From Bacteroidota bacterium (GTDB taxonomy: Bacteria > Bacteroidota > Bacteroidia > Bacteroidales > WCHB1-69), in contig JAEZOU010000014.1 in assembly GCA_023413895.1 (NCBI GenBank), positions 8,066 through 72,065 of the forward strand: 64,000 nt of DNA. The letters run 5' to 3'. A program made the translations under genes and the position numbers. This document shows, one piece after another, positions 40,975 to 51,454 of this stretch; position 1 is the stretch's first letter; the number at the start of each line of letters is the position of its first letter. Under the pieces are notes generated by a model. The model was not told the origin of the DNA and ran no database searches. It saw only the letters and a list, made by a program, of their open reading frames with translations.

Positions 40975-42180
40975 CTATTGTAATAAATCTTGGAAGTAAC
41001 TTACTATTCTACGAGTAATAATTTCATTATTATGATGAACAATCACAAAATCTTTTGCATTTTCTCCAATTATAGTACATAAATCTGGTGTTTGTACGCA
41101 TTTTCCAATTGCCAATATAAAATCTTCTGGTTCATCAGCAATAAAAATATTTTGTCCATCTGTAACATCTAACCCCTCGGCTCCAATAGTTGTGGTAATA
41201 ATTGTTTTTCCTAATGCCATTCCTTCAATAATCTTTATTCTAACCCCACTGCCCGAAAGAATAGGAACAATCATAATATCTTTGGATAACATAAAACTTT
41301 TAGCATCTTCAACTTCACCTAAAATTTTCAAATTTTCGGACGCCTTTGCTCTAAATTCATCTGGCATATCTCTGCCCGCAATAGTAAAAGTCACCTCTGG
41401 ATAAACCTTCAAAACCTGCTCCCAAACTTCATCTAAAAACCACTCTATTCCTTCCCTATTCGGCAACCAATTCATACTTCCTATATGAAATAGTTCCGGC
41501 TTATCTGATGGTAGATATTCCTCTTCACATTCATAATTATCAATATCCAAACCAAACGGTATCGTTATTCCTGGAATATTAGGATACAACTCGTGAAAAA
41601 AATTGTAATCAACTTCCGAAATAGTCATAAAACCATCTACTTTCGACAAAATTGAACTCTCATATTTTTTCAACAACTTGGTCATTCTTTTCAAAACCAT
41701 CTTTTTAAAAATATTGGTTTCATTATGTACCAAACGTTCCCATACTTTATGCTCAATATTGTGTAATCTGATAACAATTTTGGCTTTCGAATATTTCCGA
41801 ATTACAGAAATATAGGGGGCTACAAATAGAGATTCCAACAAAATAACATCATAGTGATTTCGAATGAGAATATCACTTAAAAGCTGTGAAAATTGTTTCG
41901 AAACGAAACGTTCAATATGATATGATCGTTGCAATAAAAGAGACTTGAAGGCTGCCCAATTATTTAACGAGGTATTGATAAATACAGACTCAAAATCAGT
42001 AGTAGCAGCATATTCTCTAAACTTTGGCGTATCCATCAATGGATGCTTTTGGGTATTTATAGCAACAACTTTTACCTCATTTCCCTGATTAATAAGACCT
42101 TGCGTAATACTATTAATAGCAATACAACCTCCATCAATAGGAGGATATGGAGGTTTATGACAAACTTGAAGTATTTTCAT
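40975..42180 (-). CDS. Glycosyltransferase family 4 (GT-B fold)
   Basis: 401 aa. The C-terminal E-x7-E region reads IEGMALGKTIITTTIGAEG. Its start overlaps the upstream stop (ATGA). Confidence 0.8.
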   Translation of the reverse strand: MKILQVCHKPPYPPIDGGCIAINSITQGLINQGNEVKVVAINTQKHPLMDTPKFREYAATTDFESVFINTSLNNWAAFKSLLLQRSYHIERFVSKQFSQLLSDILIRNHYDVILLESLFVAPYISVIRKYSKAKIVIRLHNIEHKVWERLVHNETNIFKKMVLKRMTKLLKKYESSILSKVDGFMTISEVDYNFFHELYPNIPGITIPFGLDIDNYECEEEYLPSDKPELFHIGSMNWLPNREGIEWFLDEVWEQVLKVYPEVTFTIAGRDMPDEFRAKASENLKILGEVEDAKSFMLSKDIMIVPILSGSGVRIKIIEGMALGKTIITTTIGAEGLDVTDGQNIFIADEPEDFILAIGKCVQTPDLCTIIGENAKDFVIVHHNNEIITRRIVSYFQDLLQ

Positions 42181-43619
42181 CTCTGTTTTTTTGAAAACAA
42201 TCTAAAATTCTTGATTTTTTTAAACCACTTAGTATATTCATCCATTGAAAATAGTGAAGAGTCAATAGTAGCTTTGTATGATAAAAAGATACATATAGGA
42301 ATTAAAATTGCAGTTGATAACCACATTCCTATTGCAACAGGAATATAATCTCCTTTTGCTATTTTTTCTCCAATAATGGAGATGATAAAATAGAATGTAA
42401 AAAATAAAACAGTAATTACCAATGGAATACCTATACCTCCTTTTCTAATAATGGATCCTAATGGTGCCCCAATAAAGAAAAAAAGAATACATGCTACTGC
42501 CAAGGTAAATTTTCGATGTAATTCAATCTGATAAGACCACAAACTTAGATGTTTGTACTTTACATCATCGTAATAGAAGTTTACACTATTAATAAACGTT
42601 CCTGCTCCCATTTGAGCATAATTCATTATATCTGCCTGTTTTTGAACTGGAAGATTTTCCAATTTATAAGTTACTGGCAAATTTTTATATTGTTCACAAG
42701 CAGTATCTTTTAATACTAAGTTATTGAAGAAAAACAAATAACCTAAAAACGCAGAGGATGCAGACTGCTCAGAATGAATGATTTTATGTTTAAGCGTATC
42801 AATATTAGCTTTTAACTCTTTTATCTGTAAAACTTGATTGCTTGATTTAAAAAAATCATCATCAGATTTTTCAAATTTAAAGGAAGATAAATCAAAACGT
42901 TTATATTGTTGCTTAAATTCAGCACGCATCAATGGATGCGAATAATCACTATTGTTGCGCGATTTACTTTCGTCCCAGAAAAATCCATCATTGAGAGTAA
43001 ATAACATATAATGTTTATCTTCTGTTACTCCCATGGCTCCGCTTTTGGCGTAGGTAACCGTGGTATTTCCCTGACTTTTGGAATGGTCATAGATAATTAC
43101 ATCCTCAATCGTTCTATTGTCAGAACCTTTTTTTCCTACTCGAATTACAAAATTATCAAATCCTGTATAAAAAACCCCCTCTTCAATATTAAGAGCTGGT
43201 TTCTGATCCTTAATATCAAAGAGGAGTGTACGCATTTTCAAAAACGCCTTGGGACTCACATTATTCGAGAACCAAAAGGTAAATCCCGATAACATAAAAA
43301 CTATCAACAACAACGATGAAAATAGTTTACTAATAGGAATCCCTGCCGACTTAACCGCTATAATCTCATATCTTTCTCCCATTCCTCCAAAAGTCATTAG
43401 AGATGAGAGCAAAATAGCTAACGGACAAGCTGTTGATACAAATGTAGCTGAAGCATAGAACAATAATTCCAATATAATTCTAATTTCCAAGCCTTTCCCC
43501 ACTAAATCATCAACATATTTCCATAAATATTGCATTAAAAGAATAAATAATGCAAATAAAAAAGTAAGGACAAAGGGTCCAAAAAATTTTTTAATGATAT
43601 AGCGGTACAGAATTTTCAC
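42177..43619 (-). CDS. LptF/LptG family permease (YjgP/YjgQ)
   Basis: N-terminus MKILYRYIIKKFFGPFVLTF, six predicted transmembrane segments with a large periplasmic insert, 480 aa. Confidence 0.8.
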   Translation of the reverse strand: MKILYRYIIKKFFGPFVLTFLFALFILLMQYLWKYVDDLVGKGLEIRIILELLFYASATFVSTACPLAILLSSLMTFGGMGERYEIIAVKSAGIPISKLFSSLLLIVFMLSGFTFWFSNNVSPKAFLKMRTLLFDIKDQKPALNIEEGVFYTGFDNFVIRVGKKGSDNRTIEDVIIYDHSKSQGNTTVTYAKSGAMGVTEDKHYMLFTLNDGFFWDESKSRNNSDYSHPLMRAEFKQQYKRFDLSSFKFEKSDDDFFKSSNQVLQIKELKANIDTLKHKIIHSEQSASSAFLGYLFFFNNLVLKDTACEQYKNLPVTYKLENLPVQKQADIMNYAQMGAGTFINSVNFYYDDVKYKHLSLWSYQIELHRKFTLAVACILFFFIGAPLGSIIRKGGIGIPLVITVLFFTFYFIISIIGEKIAKGDYIPVAIGMWLSTAILIPICIFLSYKATIDSSLFSMDEYTKWFKKIKNFRLFSKKQR

Positions 43620-43633
43620 AACAGCACAAGGAA

Positions 43634-44482
43634 TTAGAAGTCGCTGAGGGTTTCTGGTAATTGTGCCAATGCAGCTGCAGCTTGCTCATCATTAGGAGGG
43701 GTTCCGTGCCATTTATGAGTTCCCATCATAAAATCAACACCCATTCCCATCTCAGTCCTCATAAGAATTACTATGGGTTTACCTGCTCCTGTCATCGACT
43801 TCGCTTTCTTCAAAACTTCGACCGTTTCTGACATATTGTTTCCATCCATTGTAAGAACAATCCAATCAAAAGCCTCAAATTTAGCAGCTAAATTTCCTAA
43901 TGAACAAACATCATCTGTCGGCCCATCAATTTGTTTTCCATTGTAATCAACTGTCAAAATAAGGTTATCCACTTTATTGGCAGAAGCAAACATTATAGCC
44001 TCCCAATTTTGACCCTCTTGCAACTCACCATCACCCGTTAAAGTATAAACGATGTGGTTATCTTGGTTTCCCTTCTTGGCCAAAGCTGCCCCAATAGAAA
44101 CGGACAAACCTTGTCCTAAAGAACCTGATGCAACTCGAACTCCAGGCAAATTATGCGTAGGTGTAGGGTGACCTTGCAAACGAGTTCCTAATTCTCGGAA
44201 AGTAGCTAACTCGGAAACTGGGAAATAGCCTCTACGAGCCAAAACACTATAAAAAACTGGTGTTATATGTCCATTGGAAAGGAAAAACATATCCTCATCT
44301 CTTCCATTTTGTGCAAAATGGGCTGGGTCAGCCTCCAAAATTTCAAAAAACAGTGCTGTCAAATAATCAGCACAACCCAAAGAACCACCAGGGTGACCTG
44401 ACTTTGCTTTATGAACCATTCTAATAATATCTCTGCGTACTTGTGCAGCTATGGTTTCTAATGTGGCTTCTTTTTTCTCCAT
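43634..44482 (-). CDS. Transketolase, N-terminal (TPP-binding) subunit of a split enzyme
   Basis: 282 aa. SGHPGGSLGCADYL, GSLGQGLSVSIGAALA, TGDGELQEGQNWEA. Confidence 0.85.
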   Translation of the reverse strand: MEKKEATLETIAAQVRRDIIRMVHKAKSGHPGGSLGCADYLTALFFEILEADPAHFAQNGRDEDMFFLSNGHITPVFYSVLARRGYFPVSELATFRELGTRLQGHPTPTHNLPGVRVASGSLGQGLSVSIGAALAKKGNQDNHIVYTLTGDGELQEGQNWEAIMFASANKVDNLILTVDYNGKQIDGPTDDVCSLGNLAAKFEAFDWIVLTMDGNNMSETVEVLKKAKSMTGAGKPIVILMRTEMGMGVDFMMGTHKWHGTPPNDEQAAAALAQLPETLSDF

Positions 44483-44503
44483 AATTGACTTTTTTATGTT
44501 AAA

Positions 44504-44902
44504 TTATAAATTTACTGAACCTGAAATTGCTGATGATAAATTTAGCATCTCTTCCGAAGAAAGTTCAACGCGTTTTTTGGTAAAATCAAGATCACCTGCC
44601 TTTGAAATTGGTACCAGGTGAACGTGAGTATGAGGTACATCTAAACCTATAACCGCAACACCAATCCTTGCACACTCTACATTCTGTTGTATTGCTTTAG
44701 CTATTTTCTTAGCAAACACCATCATCTCTGCCAACATTTCATCTTCCAAGTCAAAGATATAGTCATTTTGCAATTTAGGAACTACCAATGTGTGTCCCTT
44801 TGCAACAGGTGAAATATCCAAAAAAGCAAAGAATCTATCATTCTCAGCAATTTTATAACACGGAATTTCTCCTTTTATTATTCTTGTAAAAATAGTTTCC
44901 AT
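44504..44902 (-). CDS. HIT family (histidine triad) protein
   Basis: 132 aa. IFTRIIKGEIP and the histidine triad HTHVHLVP. Confidence 0.88.
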   Translation of the reverse strand: METIFTRIIKGEIPCYKIAENDRFFAFLDISPVAKGHTLVVPKLQNDYIFDLEDEMLAEMMVFAKKIAKAIQQNVECARIGVAVIGLDVPHTHVHLVPISKAGDLDFTKKRVELSSEEMLNLSSAISGSVNL

Positions 44903-44911
44903 AATATATTT

Positions 44912-45385
44912 TTATCTTGAAACCTCCAATATTTCAAATTTCATAGTTCCTGCAGGTGCTTGCACAGCAACAACATCGCCTTTTTGATTTCCTAAAAGAC
45001 CCTTTGCAATAGGAGATGTAACCGAAATTTTACCCGATTTTAAATCTGCCTCAGACTCAGGAACCAATGTATAAGTAACTACCATATTATTTGCCAAGTT
45101 TTTAATCTTGACTATTGAGTAGATTAAAATTTTTGATACATCAATTTTTGATTCATCTAATAATCTTGCATTAGCAATAACATTTTTCAATTTTGAAATC
45201 TTCAATTCCAAAATTCCTTGCGCTTCCTTAGCAGCATCGTATTCGGCATTCTCAGATAAATCTCCCTTATCTCTCGCTTCAGCTATAGCTGCTGAAATTC
45301 TAGGTCTTTCTACAGACTCTAACTGTTTAAGCTCATCTTTTAATGCTTGAAGACTTTGTTCTGAATAGTATTTAACTTCGCTCAT
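44912..45385 (-). CDS. greA: Transcription elongation factor GreA
   Basis: 157 aa. ARDKGDLSENAEYDAAKEAQ coiled-coil tip, C-terminal globular domain. Confidence 0.92.
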   Translation of the reverse strand: MSEVKYYSEQSLQALKDELKQLESVERPRISAAIAEARDKGDLSENAEYDAAKEAQGILELKISKLKNVIANARLLDESKIDVSKILIYSIVKIKNLANNMVVTYTLVPESEADLKSGKISVTSPIAKGLLGNQKGDVVAVQAPAGTMKFEILEVSR

Positions 45386-45403
45386 TTCAACTATATTTGT
45401 TTA

Positions 45404-45437
45404 TAAAAAGAAATTAAAGAGGCTTATATTAAGCCTC
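45404..45437 (-). terminator. Rho-independent terminator ending the PorV-family operon
   Basis: On the minus strand: GAGGCTT-aatat-AAGCCTC followed by TTTAATTTCTTTTT. Confidence 0.65.
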
Positions 45438-45470
45438 CTTAATTTAAATTTTCAAGAAATATTCAGAAGA

Positions 45471-46655
45471 CTATAGAGTTATTCTTAAACTCATATAGTG
45501 ATTTCCATTATATTGTTTAGTAAATCTATAAGAGTAATCAATGTACAAACGTTGATTGCCTTTTTTAGAAAGAGGAGCAGCAAATGTTACACCTGCACTT
45601 GGTCCAGCATACATGTTATCAGGACTTAATACAACATGATCCAATTCACCAGCTTCATCTTTTACAAATGCTAAATTCTCCATAGCAAAACCAGCTCTTA
45701 CCATAAAGAATTGTTTTAAACCATACTCTAAACCGATAGCGAAAATATCTCTAGAATATGCGTTTGCAGTGAATGATCCAGCTAATGTAAATCTATGCTC
45801 AGCATCGTTTCTTGTCAAACCTTCTTGTTTCAAATCTTCCTTAGACATAGTTTTGTAGTCACCACCAAAAATCAAGAAATCATAAGAAAGACCTAAACAC
45901 AACATAGAAGGAAGTTCAGATGCAGCAGAACGTTGCTCTAATGATAATTCATAATCAGTATTAACAACCTCTCCACGAATGGTAAGACCATCACCTTTGT
46001 AGCTAATAGGAAGACCAATGTTTTTCAAAGTAATACCAATCTTAAAGTTTTCGTATGCACCAGATACATATTGAATACCTGCATCGATAGCAACACCATT
46101 AGCTTTAAGGTCAGAAATACTTTCATTAACGATTTTAACAGAAACACCTCCATGGATATAACGGTTAAAAGATTTCGCATAATGAATTCCAATATAGTTC
46201 AATTTTGGAGAGAAGATAGCTGATGTACCATCTGGTTGCTCAACCGTAGTTACTGGAATATTTCCAAAACCCATATTGAATACTGAGATTCCTATTGTTC
46301 CTAAATCTGTAACAGAACCTGTTTCTTTATTCGTCTTACGCAAACCTTGCGCAACACCAAAAGAGTTAATAGAAATTCCACAATTTGAGCCTGAAAAATA
46401 TTGCGTACGTGAGAATGCAAAATCAGTACCTTTGATAAATGCGATACCTGCTACGTTGGAATACAATGCTTCAATGCCTCTGATTTCTGCAATACAAGCA
46501 CCACTCCAACCATTTGAACGTGCCCATGGGTCAATTAGCAAATGCTGAGCACCAGCTTGTCCTGAACGGTCTTTATTTCCTGCATATCCTGAAAAGGATA
46601 CTACAGTGAGACAAACAGTCAAGCAAACTAATAATGTTTTATATATATTCTTCAT
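45471..46655 (-). CDS. PorV/PorQ family outer-membrane beta-barrel (FadL-like, T9SS-associated)
   Basis: Signal peptide present. The N-terminal signature GQAGAQHLLIDPWARSNGWSGACIAEIRGIEALYSNVAGIAF matches the G.aGa..L.i...aRa...GgA......ea...NpAGla pattern I recall for PorV-family proteins. Alternating beta-strand pattern. 394 aa. Confidence 0.7.
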   Translation of the reverse strand: MKNIYKTLLVCLTVCLTVVSFSGYAGNKDRSGQAGAQHLLIDPWARSNGWSGACIAEIRGIEALYSNVAGIAFIKGTDFAFSRTQYFSGSNCGISINSFGVAQGLRKTNKETGSVTDLGTIGISVFNMGFGNIPVTTVEQPDGTSAIFSPKLNYIGIHYAKSFNRYIHGGVSVKIVNESISDLKANGVAIDAGIQYVSGAYENFKIGITLKNIGLPISYKGDGLTIRGEVVNTDYELSLEQRSAASELPSMLCLGLSYDFLIFGGDYKTMSKEDLKQEGLTRNDAEHRFTLAGSFTANAYSRDIFAIGLEYGLKQFFMVRAGFAMENLAFVKDEAGELDHVVLSPDNMYAGPSAGVTFAAPLSKKGNQRLYIDYSYRFTKQYNGNHYMSLRITL

Positions 46656-46688
46656 TTTATAATTATTTACGTTTGTTATTTAATAATC

Positions 46689-49600
46689 TTAGAATGCATT
46701 TAAGTCGGTTGGACGCATTGCACAGAAGAATTTCAAAGTTCTCTCACCAATTCCGTCTGCTTTAACGTGGATAATATACATACCACCAGCAATTGGAATA
46801 TCTGCAGAGTTCTTCAAATCCCAAGTTACGTATGTAGATTCTGCATCACCCTTAGTAAGTTTACGTACTAGTACGCCACTTACCGTATAGATAGAGATAT
46901 CACACTTCTCAGGTAAGTTTGTAATCTTAACGTAGGTTTCGAGAGCTGTGCTTTCGTAAGTAGAATATCCATAGTATGGATTAGGAACAATATTGATGTT
47001 ATCTAATACTGTTTCGTGAGTTGTTACATCATTAGTTACAGGAGCAATATTCTTAGTTGTGAAAGAATATAATGGGTAACCATTGTTTGCTGCGTATGCT
47101 GTTGCATAATCAGCATCTGCTTCTGCTTGCGCTTCATTGAAGTATCTTGAGTTAAATCTCATATATGGACGAGAAACACGCAATTTAATAGTTGCTTTAC
47201 TGCTCATCCAATAATCAGATTGGAATTGTTGTGGCATAGCAATTGAGGTCCACATTACGTTGTTAAACAATTGCATTTTCCAAAGTTTACGTTTAGCATC
47301 GTTAATATTATCAATTCCTGTAAATTGGCTGAATTTACCAACTAACCATCTACATTCATCGTATGATCCACAATCATAATATGAGTTTTGCCATACATTA
47401 TTGCCATCCATAAATCCGCCACCACCATGGTGTACACCATTTGCAGTACGATCTATTCCATCGTCATCCCAATTACGGTGCACTGCTGATGGAGCAAGTT
47501 TATAGTAGTTTGCAGATGTATTACCTGAACTACCTACAATGTAAATATAGTGTCTTCCACCCCAAGCCAAAGTAGCTTTAAATTCTGGAAGTCCGTATGC
47601 CATATATAAATCTCTGTATGAGTTATAGGTAGCTTCGTTAATCTCTTCACCTTCTGGAGAATATGCATAAACATCTGTTGGATTGAATAACATATCATCA
47701 CCATTATTAGCAGTATCTGCAGAGTTTTCTGAGAACATAATATTTAATCTCTCACCTGTTTCTACATTGATAGCATAACCTGGGAACCAACCCATACCTG
47801 TTGTACCAGAACCATCTGGGTTACCATTTTTGTCAACTGATGGAGATTTTCTTGGTTCTTGTTTATATGCACCACCGATAGATAGAGCATTGTCTTCACA
47901 AGCTTCCAATACAATACAACGTGTCCACAATTCTGGTTCGTTAGGTGTTAATACAACATCAACAGAATATAAGTTGGTCATTGTTTGGTTATAACCAGGA
48001 CAGTAAGAATTTGTATAAAGAGTCAACTTATGAGTGAAATATGCTGGAAGTGGTTCATCGTAAGAGATAGCACCATTTGCAAAATCTGGTTCATCTGGAA
48101 CAACATATTTTGCTTGTGGACCACCATCGTATGGAGACGACAATACGTATGGAGACCAAGTACCATCAATAGCACCTTCAAATTGTCCTAGTGGATCTTT
48201 CCATGCTCTTGATTTCCAACTATCATTCAAAGAACCTTTTGGTGTTTCAACAAAGAAATCTTCAACACGCCATTTAATATATTCATCTTCAACACCATCT
48301 TGAACATCTGTTGCTTCTTCCCAAGCTCCAGCAGATTGTTGACCTGCTCTAATCCAGTTAGATGGATATTCACCTTCTGTATCTTGCAATCCGCCTAACC
48401 AAGGGTGATTTTCATCTTCAAATACTATTTCAGAACCTAAGAAATCAACTTGGGCAAATTTTAGTTTATTTTGATAATCATATCCTTGAACAGCTGAATC
48501 CAAATAGGTTTTCATTTCTGTTTGGTGTACTTGGAAATCATAGTTTTCAATAGAAACAGAGATACCCAATGGAAGGAAGAGTTGTTCGTTTCTTTGTGTA
48601 ATGGATTTATCTGAAGGAATAGCACGCAAAGCATTTCCTAAACTATCTTTATAACCTAAAGCAACGATATCTTCATCTGCAACATCTTCACCAAATTCAA
48701 GAACCCAAGTAGTAGAATCTGTTACATCAGCAGCTGCATCAACAAATCTGATTTTGTAATCAAATGGTTGCAATTTCAATGGGTCAATAACTTTAATAGA
48801 AAGTGGACCAGCATTGTTTTTGTAAGTAATAGAGTTAACTTTACCGTAGGTTAAAATTTCTTTGATAGACTCATCTGTTAAATCCAAATAGTTACCACCA
48901 TTACCTTGACCTTCGATACGAGTAATCATAGGTTGTGTACCATACTCAGCTCTTAAGGTTGTACCTGTATTATGAGACAATGCAGGGTGTGGAATAGCAG
49001 AATGAGCAGCAATAGCAGTACCACCTGCAGCTTTACGACCTGCAAGGTAAACTGTTTTTTGTCCAACCAATCCGTTTGGAACATCAGGGTCAATTGAGTA
49101 AGTTTGATAATTGTTATAAGCATAAGCAATTACCATAAAGTAGTAAGTCTTATAGTTAACAAGTGTATTTGAACCTGTTGCAAATTGATCTTGGGTAATT
49201 TTCAAAGAGTGGAAAAGACCATTATTAGCACCATTTACCATCTCTGTAGCTACTGATGTTCCTAATGCATCATTATAAACCCAATTTACAAGTTGACCAA
49301 TAGGGTTACCATTTTCATCATAATTTTCAATATCACATTGAGCAACTAGACGAGCTTTATCAAGATCATCCAAATCAGCTACACTGACAGAATTGTTCTT
49401 AAGTTGATAAATTTTGTAACCTTCGAATCTATATTTACGGTCATACTCTACAACATTAAGTTGAGATTCTACTCTATCATAATAATAAACAGAATCAGGA
49501 GTAACGATAGAATCTTGAACAATAACTAATTCTTCATCTGTACGAGATTCAGGAATTTGAGCATCTTCTTCTTCGTATGTTTCGTTAAAGTTGTTGCTAA

Positions 49601-51434
49601 GTGGGTCATCGTTAGAGATGTAAAGAATCAATTCTTTGTCTAATTCACGAATAACTACATCTGGAGCATCAGGACCATCCAATACTTTGAAACAATTTTC
49701 GAAAAGTGCTTGACATTTATCGTCAGCAATCTTCAATAACTCAACAGAAGCCCAAGCACCACCTTGAGAAGCGCGTGCCCATGGAATACCTACTGTAATA
49801 TAGTTAACAGCACCAGCTTCCAATGTGAAAGGACCAGCAGATTGCATAAAACGACGGTCACCAGGAGCATTATTTTCATTTGCTTCAGTCCAACCACCAT
49901 CTGTAGTATAGTTAGGATCAACACCTTTAGTACCCCAATTACAAGGGTCAGTCAAACCTGGGAACATGAAATCACATTCAGGACCTTGGGTTTGAGATTG
50001 GTGAGCATTTTTACCATATCTCATTTTGGTACCATCACCCCAAATACCTTGCAACATATAGTAATATTCGAATGCAACGCTAGGGTCACCAATTACAGAG
50101 TTATCGTTATTATGGTAAACGAAACGGCGCATACCGAAACGTTCGTTATCAACGATTCCATCACCGAAATTCACACCATTAATAGCCATTTGGTCGTTTT
50201 CGAATGAGCTATTAAGATATCTATCACAATAACCAGGGAATGAAGCTGAATCAACAAAGAATTTTGGATTATCTCTACCATCAGGATCAATATATGGTCC
50301 TTGGAAGAAATCAACACCAACTGCAGGTGGTTGAGATCCATAGTGTTGTGTCAAACCAGTACCATCAACATCTCTACCATTGTAGCAGTAACCTAAACCA
50401 CGAGCAACATCACAACCTACCATATCATCTTCTGCAAATCCCAAATCTGGGTCAACCCACTGTGAGAAGTAACAGTTAGTAAGTTTAAAGGTAGAACGGT
50501 TTACAATTTCGTAAGAGTAGAAAGTCATATTATTGATTTCGTCATTTGTAGCAAATGCGAAAGCTTGTCCACGGATTTCCAAACCGATTGGGTCACCTTG
50601 AGTTTCAGTGTGAGGACCACCTTTATCGTTGAACACCCAGAAAAGAGTTTCGTCACCTTTCAAAACGTGGTCAGCTAAGATCATTTTATTATCAATACCT
50701 GATCTTTCTTTGAACCAAGTTCTTTCAGGAGCCCATGGCAATCTATCTTGAGCAGCCAATTCAATATTAGCAGTAGTCCAAGGGCAATATTCATTATCTA
50801 AATCGTAGTATGGATAGTCACCACCTTCAGGAGTATAAAGTAAGTTTCCGTCCACATCATTATAAGGTGCGCAATACAAAGAGTAATCGTCACCAAAAAT
50901 TTCACTTGGATTAGCAACCTCTTTCCAGTTAGAGATACTAGCTGGCATAACGTAAGTAGGGTCATTAGTCAAGTGAGCAGCAATGTGAGCTTCTACCTCA
51001 GCACGAGTAACTTTATAGTGTTTGTCGTAGTAACTACATACATTTTGTAATGTTGAAGCTCCATCAACGGTAAGAGGGCCTGTCCAAAAGTCATCACCAA
51101 CTTGACGGAAACGAACAGCAGCCAAACGCAACTGACCAGAAACGTCACGACCCCCAATCCAAAGGGCAGCGGCAAACATTGAAGTTTTACCTGAACCTCT
51201 AGGAACCTCATACTGTGCGATTTCTTTAAACCACATAGTACCATTTGTTTCCACGTAGGCTCTTACGTTATTAATTGTAAGCTCATTTGAGTTTGTGGCA
51301 GGCAAACAAGTTGCAGACTCATCCTTTTGCATCGGAGCATGCACTGTGCCAACCCATTTTCTTGCGTAAGTAGCATTTGCTGCTACCAACACAAAAAGAG
51401 TCAATAAAACTATAATTTTGCTTCTTTTATTCAT
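46689..51434 (-). CDS. Uncharacterised 1581-aa secreted protein with an atypical CTD-like C-terminal beta-sandwich
   Basis: Sec signal MNKRSKIIVLLTLFVLVAANATYA, no lipobox, and no catalytic motif I can name. The last ~100 aa read VPNPYYGY...DISIYTVSGVLVRKL...WDLKNSADIPIAGGMYIIHVKADG...KFFCAMRPTDLNAF, which is like a T9SS or FlgD-Ig domain with an extra tail. Confidence 0.6.
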   Translation of the reverse strand: MNKRSKIIVLLTLFVLVAANATYARKWVGTVHAPMQKDESATCLPATNSNELTINNVRAYVETNGTMWFKEIAQYEVPRGSGKTSMFAAALWIGGRDVSGQLRLAAVRFRQVGDDFWTGPLTVDGASTLQNVCSYYDKHYKVTRAEVEAHIAAHLTNDPTYVMPASISNWKEVANPSEIFGDDYSLYCAPYNDVDGNLLYTPEGGDYPYYDLDNEYCPWTTANIELAAQDRLPWAPERTWFKERSGIDNKMILADHVLKGDETLFWVFNDKGGPHTETQGDPIGLEIRGQAFAFATNDEINNMTFYSYEIVNRSTFKLTNCYFSQWVDPDLGFAEDDMVGCDVARGLGYCYNGRDVDGTGLTQHYGSQPPAVGVDFFQGPYIDPDGRDNPKFFVDSASFPGYCDRYLNSSFENDQMAINGVNFGDGIVDNERFGMRRFVYHNNDNSVIGDPSVAFEYYYMLQGIWGDGTKMRYGKNAHQSQTQGPECDFMFPGLTDPCNWGTKGVDPNYTTDGGWTEANENNAPGDRRFMQSAGPFTLEAGAVNYITVGIPWARASQGGAWASVELLKIADDKCQALFENCFKVLDGPDAPDVVIRELDKELILYISNDDPLSNNFNETYEEEDAQIPESRTDEELVIVQDSIVTPDSVYYYDRVESQLNVVEYDRKYRFEGYKIYQLKNNSVSVADLDDLDKARLVAQCDIENYDENGNPIGQLVNWVYNDALGTSVATEMVNGANNGLFHSLKITQDQFATGSNTLVNYKTYYFMVIAYAYNNYQTYSIDPDVPNGLVGQKTVYLAGRKAAGGTAIAAHSAIPHPALSHNTGTTLRAEYGTQPMITRIEGQGNGGNYLDLTDESIKEILTYGKVNSITYKNNAGPLSIKVIDPLKLQPFDYKIRFVDAAADVTDSTTWVLEFGEDVADEDIVALGYKDSLGNALRAIPSDKSITQRNEQLFLPLGISVSIENYDFQVHQTEMKTYLDSAVQGYDYQNKLKFAQVDFLGSEIVFEDENHPWLGGLQDTEGEYPSNWIRAGQQSAGAWEEATDVQDGVEDEYIKWRVEDFFVETPKGSLNDSWKSRAWKDPLGQFEGAIDGTWSPYVLSSPYDGGPQAKYVVPDEPDFANGAISYDEPLPAYFTHKLTLYTNSYCPGYNQTMTNLYSVDVVLTPNEPELWTRCIVLEACEDNALSIGGAYKQEPRKSPSVDKNGNPDGSGTTGMGWFPGYAINVETGERLNIMFSENSADTANNGDDMLFNPTDVYAYSPEGEEINEATYNSYRDLYMAYGLPEFKATLAWGGRHYIYIVGSSGNTSANYYKLAPSAVHRNWDDDGIDRTANGVHHGGGGFMDGNNVWQNSYYDCGSYDECRWLVGKFSQFTGIDNINDAKRKLWKMQLFNNVMWTSIAMPQQFQSDYWMSSKATIKLRVSRPYMRFNSRYFNEAQAEADADYATAYAANNGYPLYSFTTKNIAPVTNDVTTHETVLDNINIVPNPYYGYSTYESTALETYVKITNLPEKCDISIYTVSGVLVRKLTKGDAESTYVTWDLKNSADIPIAGGMYIIHVKADGIGERTLKFFCAMRPTDLNAF
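46692..46997 (-). other. CTD-like C-terminal domain of the 1581-aa protein
   Basis: See the motif string above. It departs from canonical type A CTDs by a 10-aa extension that ends in Phe. Confidence 0.45.
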
Positions 51435-51454
51435 ATCTTTTTTTTTTATTTACA

